This document shows, piece after piece, positions 59,143 through 64,000 of a DNA stretch of 64,000 bases; position 1 is the first letter of the stretch, and every line of letters begins with the position of its first letter. The position numbers and the translations under genes were made by a program. The stretch lies in contig OZ253580.1 of the NCBI GenBank assembly GCA_965263035.1, positions 832,001 to 896,000 on the forward strand. Direction: 5' to 3'. The notes under the pieces were generated by a model. That model did not search any database. It was given only the letters and a program-made list of their open reading frames with translations, and was not told where the DNA came from. The DNA comes from Acidobacteriota bacterium (GTDB lineage Bacteria > Acidobacteriota > UBA6911 > RPQK01 > JAJDTT01).

Positions 59143-61644
59143 CTAATCCTGGTCCATTGTGTCCGTCGAAAGCTCCTGCAGGCGCGCCTTGATTTGGTGC
59201 AGGCCCTCCAGCCAGGTCGCCTGGTCTCCGCCCAGTGGATCGACGGTGTCAAACGTAAAGTCCCGATCCAGGAGCGATTCCAACGTATCCAGTTCGTTCT
59301 TGGTCCGCGCGACCAGGGGTGCCACTACGTCCCGACCCTTTTTGTCCAGCGAAGCCGCCAGCGCCTCATGGTAGCGATTCAAAACCCTGGCGAATCCCCG
59401 TCCCACTCGCAGACACTTGCGCAGGTACTCGACATCGGGGCGGGCATCGGCGCGGAGATCGGAGGTCCGGAGCACTTCGGACGTAAGCGCGACCGCCTCG
59501 GCGTTGACTTCGTCGTAAGCCTGCCAGAGTTCTGCCCACCGTCTCTGCCAATCCACGGAGTCGATACCCAAAAGCGTCGTCAGTTCCTTGGCGCGCGCCG
59601 ACAATTTCGGGCCTCCGGATTCCTGGTCCATGCTCAGAATTCGCCAGAGGATCGAGAGTGGGTATAGTCTCTCAGCCGCCACCGGGACCAGAAGATCGAT
59701 TTCACTTCCGTAGACCTCATCCACCGTCCGGTCGTAGTGGGTGGCCATGATCGTGCGACCGATCCCTTCCGGCACTTCAACCCGGCGCTGAGTCCGGTAG
59801 AAGTTGAAAATTCGGTGCATTTTCCCGCCCGCATCGTCCCCGTAGAGCTGTCGGAAGGCCTCGGAGAGAAACCCGGCGGGACCGGTGATCTCCGGTCCCA
59901 GATCCCGATTGTTCATCAACGCCTTCCAAGTCGAACGGGTCTCCTCATTGCGGATCGGAATGACATGGCCGGGGGCATCGACGTTCCAACTGTACTCCGC
60001 ATTGAAGAGCTGAAGCGGCTCCTGGAAGACGGCCCCACTGAAGTTGTAGATCGCCTCAGCCCCCTTGAAGATCCCATTCATGGCAGCAGTCCCCGCAAAG
60101 GGATAGTTGAAGGAATCTCTTGAATAAAGATCAGCTCCGCCCAGAAAGAAGAGGAACGTGCGGGTGTTCAGGCCTTGGCTTCCCAACCTTTGGCGATAGG
60201 CATCGATCCACCGCACATCGGTTCCCTGCTGAGGGAAGACCTCCCGGAAGCCGATCTCAATGTTCTCGTCATGGGGAAGCAGCGACATCACGTTCGACCA
60301 GTAGATCAGGTGGTTTTCCCAGTCGGTGGGCAGGGTCGGAAACGGGTTGTATCCGGGACTGAGGAACATGACGGTACAGTCGCGGGCGGCATCATAACCC
60401 GAGTCGGCATTCTTGACGCTTCGTATGGCCCGCAGGAGTTCGTTGTAACCATGAGCCACGGCTCCGGCCCCGCCGTCTTTGGTGATGAGGCTGTCGTTGG
60501 GCCATTGCTTGCGGCAACGAAAACATCTCTTTTTCCAGGTTACCCAGAGTTCGTAGTTGGTCAGGTGATAGTCGAGGTTGGGATCACCGATTCCGCGGTC
60601 TTCATGGTGGATGTAAAGCGCTCCCGGCTCTATGGAGCGGACAAAGTCGGCCATCTCGGCGGCTTTGAGCCGATTCAGCGCCTGGTTCCCGCGACAGGTT
60701 CCCAAGATGCCACGCCCCGGACGGTTTTCTCCGAAGCAGGAGTAGATCGTTCCGTCCGGATATTGATCGCGGTTGTACCAGACCTTGCCGACATTGCGTT
60801 CGGGTCGGACGATACGGCCATAGTTGGCGCCGTACCCGGCAAACAGGAGCTTGATACCTCGCGCTCTGGCGTAGCCGTTCAACTCCCTCATCATTCTCGA
60901 GTAGCCGGGAAACTTCTCACGGTTCCACCCGTAGCCGTCGAAGAAAACCAGGTTGATCTTGTAGCGAAGACAGAAGTCGATTTTCCTCTTGAGGCGCTGG
61001 ACATAGGCCTCCTTGCCGTCACCCCAGTCATAGGCCCAGCGGTTGATTTCCGCCAACAGCAACCAATCGGCCGCGGCCCGATAGCGAAAATCGGGAAAAT
61101 CACGAATAGAGCCGTTCGGGACCAGAACCGCACTACCGGTCCGCCTCATGACCTGCCGGAGAGAAGCGGCAGCATAGAGAACGCCCTGGGCGCTTCCACC
61201 GACGAGCCAGACCTGTGGCTGGTTTCCCGGAACCACTTTGAGCACATACCCTTGTTCGGCCCTGGCAGGATCGGAAAGCAGCTCTCGATCGGCCGGCTCA
61301 AGGAAGGAATCGGCTTGCTTTCTCAAAATGCCGTTACGACTCCAGTCCACCAGGTGAATCCCACCCAGGACGGGCTGAGGTGCGGCGCCCGTCAGGAAAG
61401 TGGGCGGGGGAAAAACTGAAGGATCTTGGGAGCGGATCAGGTCAGCCGCCAGACGTTCTTTTGCCGAAGCTCCCTCTGCTAGAACCAGTCGAGTCGAGTC
61501 CGATCCTTTCTCAAACCGAACCGTCTGCTGGTCCCAAACCTGATGCTGGGGTGTGGGAATGATCCGGGGCGTTCCTTCCAAGGCTTGCCCGCTGATGACC
61601 AAGAGGATTGCAATGAGCAGTCCGGACGTACTCAATCGATACAT
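59143..61644 (-). CDS. Uncharacterised GH-like protein (paralog 4)
   Basis: Signal peptide; IIPTPQ, IRDFPDFRYR, YIHHED, CFRC. Confidence 0.75.
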   Translation of the reverse strand: MYRLSTSGLLIAILLVISGQALEGTPRIIPTPQHQVWDQQTVRFEKGSDSTRLVLAEGASAKERLAADLIRSQDPSVFPPPTFLTGAAPQPVLGGIHLVDWSRNGILRKQADSFLEPADRELLSDPARAEQGYVLKVVPGNQPQVWLVGGSAQGVLYAAASLRQVMRRTGSAVLVPNGSIRDFPDFRYRAAADWLLLAEINRWAYDWGDGKEAYVQRLKRKIDFCLRYKINLVFFDGYGWNREKFPGYSRMMRELNGYARARGIKLLFAGYGANYGRIVRPERNVGKVWYNRDQYPDGTIYSCFGENRPGRGILGTCRGNQALNRLKAAEMADFVRSIEPGALYIHHEDRGIGDPNLDYHLTNYELWVTWKKRCFRCRKQWPNDSLITKDGGAGAVAHGYNELLRAIRSVKNADSGYDAARDCTVMFLSPGYNPFPTLPTDWENHLIYWSNVMSLLPHDENIEIGFREVFPQQGTDVRWIDAYRQRLGSQGLNTRTFLFFLGGADLYSRDSFNYPFAGTAAMNGIFKGAEAIYNFSGAVFQEPLQLFNAEYSWNVDAPGHVIPIRNEETRSTWKALMNNRDLGPEITGPAGFLSEAFRQLYGDDAGGKMHRIFNFYRTQRRVEVPEGIGRTIMATHYDRTVDEVYGSEIDLLVPVAAERLYPLSILWRILSMDQESGGPKLSARAKELTTLLGIDSVDWQRRWAELWQAYDEVNAEAVALTSEVLRTSDLRADARPDVEYLRKCLRVGRGFARVLNRYHEALAASLDKKGRDVVAPLVARTKNELDTLESLLDRDFTFDTVDPLGGDQATWLEGLHQIKARLQELSTDTMDQD

Positions 61645-61666
61645 GGCTGCACCGTGTTCCTTTCCT

Positions 61667-64000
61667 CTAACGAAATTCGACGCCTCGACGGGGCATCGAT
61701 TGAGCCCACGCCAACAGGTTACTTCTTAGTTCCTCGAGGGTCAGCGCCCAACTCGACAGGTCGCCGCCTTTCGGATCCACCGTGTCAAACGAAAAGGAGT
61801 CTTCGAGGTAAGTCCAAACCCGCTCGATCCCGGTGAGGATCTCCACGATCTCCCCTTGTCCATCCGGCCCTGTCACCCGATTGCCGATCGCGTCATGGTA
61901 GGACGCCAGGAGACCTCCAAACCGGATCCCCACTTCCAGGCAGCGCTCCAGGTGGCGCAGATCCGGCACGGCTTCCTCCCTCACGTCGCCGACGCCGAGG
62001 GCTTCGGTCACCATTCGCTTTCCCTTTCGGTTGACCTCGGCAAGTTGCCTCCAAAAGGCTGCTATCCCTCGTTGCAAGAGAGCGTACTCCTGGGCTGAAA
62101 AGGTGCGCACACGCCCCCTGATTCGGATCTCCGTGGCGGCATCCTCCGTGTCTTCCAGCGCGCGGCTGCCCGCCGAACCCGATCCCCAATAGGCGCTGTC
62201 GGCTTGAAAGAGCCTCCAGAAGACAGCGTTCGGATAGACCTTCCTGGGGTAAAAGGCGGGAATCTCATTGTCCCCAAGCGGTTCGAAGAAGTTGAAGAAA
62301 CGCGCCATGAGCTTGCCCGTCTTCGCCCCGTAGATTCGAACGCACGCCTCTTCGAACAGTCCCCCGGAACCGTACACCTCCTCGGGAAGTTCCTGGTTCG
62401 ACCGGAGCCGGTTCCATGCAGCCAGAGCCGTCTCGAAGGTATTCGGCCGTTGGTAGCCAGGGGCGTCGACATTCCAACTGAATTCGGCGTTGACGACCTG
62501 CAACGGTTCCTGGTGGACTCCTCCACTGAAATTGTAGATCGCTTCGGCGCCTTCAAAAATTCCGTTTATGACCGGGGTCGCCGCATACGGATAGTTGAAG
62601 ACGCCACCGGAATATTGGTCAGCGCCCCCCAAAAAGAACATGAAGGTTTTATCGCTCAACCCTCGGGAGGCCATTCTCTCCTTGAACGCTGGAATCCACG
62701 GTTCACCCGTTCCCTGACGAGGAAAAATCTCTCGAAAGCCGATCTCGACATTATCTTGCGACGGCAGAAGCGATACCGCGTTGGCCCAGAATTCGAGGGT
62801 CTTTTCCCAGTTGAGATCTTCATCGGTGTCGACGCCACCCAGGCCGGACCGCCCGGAATCTATCCCATAGGGCGGCGAGATCAGAATAATGGTGCAATCG
62901 CGCGCTGCATCGTAGCCGGTATCCGGGTTGCGCACTCGTTGGATACTCTCGACGATCTGACCGTATCGATAGGCAAGGGCTCCGGCACCACCGTCCAGAG
63001 CGGCGAAATCGTCGTTGGGCCATCGGCCCTTGCACCCCGGGTCGCGTGCCTTCCAACGTTCCACGTTGCTCTTGTAGTGTCCCGTGTCCTCGTGATGGAT
63101 GTACAAAGCCCCGGGTTCTACCGTGCGAACCAACTCGGTGATCGCTCCGACGATCTCCCTGTTTTGCGCCTCGTTCGAGCGACAGGTGCCCAAAGTGGGG
63201 TGGAGGGGTGTTCGAAGTTCGCCGTAACACGCGTATAGAGGCCCGTCAGGGTAACTTTTCCGGTTCAGAAATATTTTCCCGATGTTGTGCTCGGGCTCGA
63301 CTTTCAGGGGGTCGAAGTTGGCGCCAAATCCAGCATAGACAAGCTTGATCCCACGGTCACGGGCATAGGAGTTCAGTTCCCGCATCATCGCACCGTAGCC
63401 GGGTACTTTTTCGGCAGTCCAACCAAAGCCGTCAAAGAAAACCATATTGATCTTGAAGCGCAGACAGAAATCGAGCTTGCGCTTGATCCGCTCCATGTAG
63501 GCTCTCCTGCCATCTCCCCAGTCGTAACCCCAGCGGTTGAGCTCGGCACGCATGAGCCAGTCCGCTGCGGCCCGGTACTTGAAGTCCGGGTAATCCCTCA
63601 CTTCCACTTCAGGGATGACGAGCTCCCCGTCCTCCACTGACCACAGTTGCACCAGAGTGGTCACCGCGTAGAGCGCACCCAGCGGAGCGGACCCGAGCAG
63701 AAGTATCCGTTGGTGTTTAGGATCCGTCTTGATCACATAAGCCTGGCCGGTATCTTGGGGATCATTCAGCACCTTACGATCGGCGTCGGAAAGGAGTCTC
63801 AGTAACTCATAGGACCGGTTTTCCTTTTGGCTCCAGTCCAATAGCAGTATGCACGGCGTTCCGGAACACTCCGTCGCCATCTGTAGCTGAACTCCACTGA
63901 CGCTGGCCTCCTGGCGAAGAAACTGCTCTGCAAGCTCAAGCATTCGGCTACGCGACGGGCGGGCCACTACCCAACCGCCGGAGGCTCCTGCACCGCTCTT
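61667..64000 (-). CDS. Uncharacterised GH-like protein (paralog 5; 5' end lies beyond the window)
   Basis: Frame open to 64000; VRDYPDFKYR, YIHHED, DPGC. Confidence 0.75.
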   Translation of the reverse strand, partial: KSGAGASGGWVVARPSRSRMLELAEQFLRQEASVSGVQLQMATECSGTPCILLLDWSQKENRSYELLRLLSDADRKVLNDPQDTGQAYVIKTDPKHQRILLLGSAPLGALYAVTTLVQLWSVEDGELVIPEVEVRDYPDFKYRAAADWLMRAELNRWGYDWGDGRRAYMERIKRKLDFCLRFKINMVFFDGFGWTAEKVPGYGAMMRELNSYARDRGIKLVYAGFGANFDPLKVEPEHNIGKIFLNRKSYPDGPLYACYGELRTPLHPTLGTCRSNEAQNREIVGAITELVRTVEPGALYIHHEDTGHYKSNVERWKARDPGCKGRWPNDDFAALDGGAGALAYRYGQIVESIQRVRNPDTGYDAARDCTIILISPPYGIDSGRSGLGGVDTDEDLNWEKTLEFWANAVSLLPSQDNVEIGFREIFPRQGTGEPWIPAFKERMASRGLSDKTFMFFLGGADQYSGGVFNYPYAATPVINGIFEGAEAIYNFSGGVHQEPLQVVNAEFSWNVDAPGYQRPNTFETALAAWNRLRSNQELPEEVYGSGGLFEEACVRIYGAKTGKLMARFFNFFEPLGDNEIPAFYPRKVYPNAVFWRLFQADSAYWGSGSAGSRALEDTEDAATEIRIRGRVRTFSAQEYALLQRGIAAFWRQLAEVNRKGKRMVTEALGVGDVREEAVPDLRHLERCLEVGIRFGGLLASYHDAIGNRVTGPDGQGEIVEILTGIERVWTYLEDSFSFDTVDPKGGDLSSWALTLEELRSNLLAWAQSMPRRGVEFR

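Noticed and set aside
47079-64000. Calling the paralogs GH20 hexosaminidases or GH84 O-GlcNAcases
   Set aside because: Only the N-terminal domain resembles them; the RGxxLD, HxGGDE and YAPKDD/FDD catalytic motifs are absent.

Overview
Bacterial window in two parts; Oar-like TonB receptor, GWxTD, ASPIC/UnbV and DUF1501/PSD1 genes suggest Acidobacteriota (inference). Bases 1-18.3 kb are very GC-rich and hold a vapBC pair whose toxin is frameshifted, a PotABCD-type ABC transporter, a REP-like palindrome cluster, methionine aminopeptidase, a DUF3311 + Na+/solute symporter pair, a form II-type coxG-S-L-M-D-E-mocA molybdenum hydroxylase operon with xdhC, a rhomboid protease and metK. An intact IS630 (TA duplication, A8 -1 frameshift) marks the start of a roughly 44 kb accessory region that looks lower in GC by eye and is devoted to the cell envelope and glycans. 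It contains PSD1/cytochrome c + DUF1501, a Tat-exported TIM-barrel protein, sugar-tailoring enzymes, an Oar-like TonB receptor, a GWxTD protein, three ASPIC/UnbV FG-GAP proteins, two TPR proteins and a DUF4838 lipoprotein. Its most notable content is five or more paralogs of an ~830-aa secreted protein family (GH20-like N-domain, invariant YIHxED motif, conserved Cys cluster) that I cannot place in a characterised glycosidase family. An oppositely oriented cassette (TolB-like, lipoprotein, AlgI-like, AlgJ/X-like O-acetylation genes) splits this array. All calls come from motif recognition; no database searches were run.
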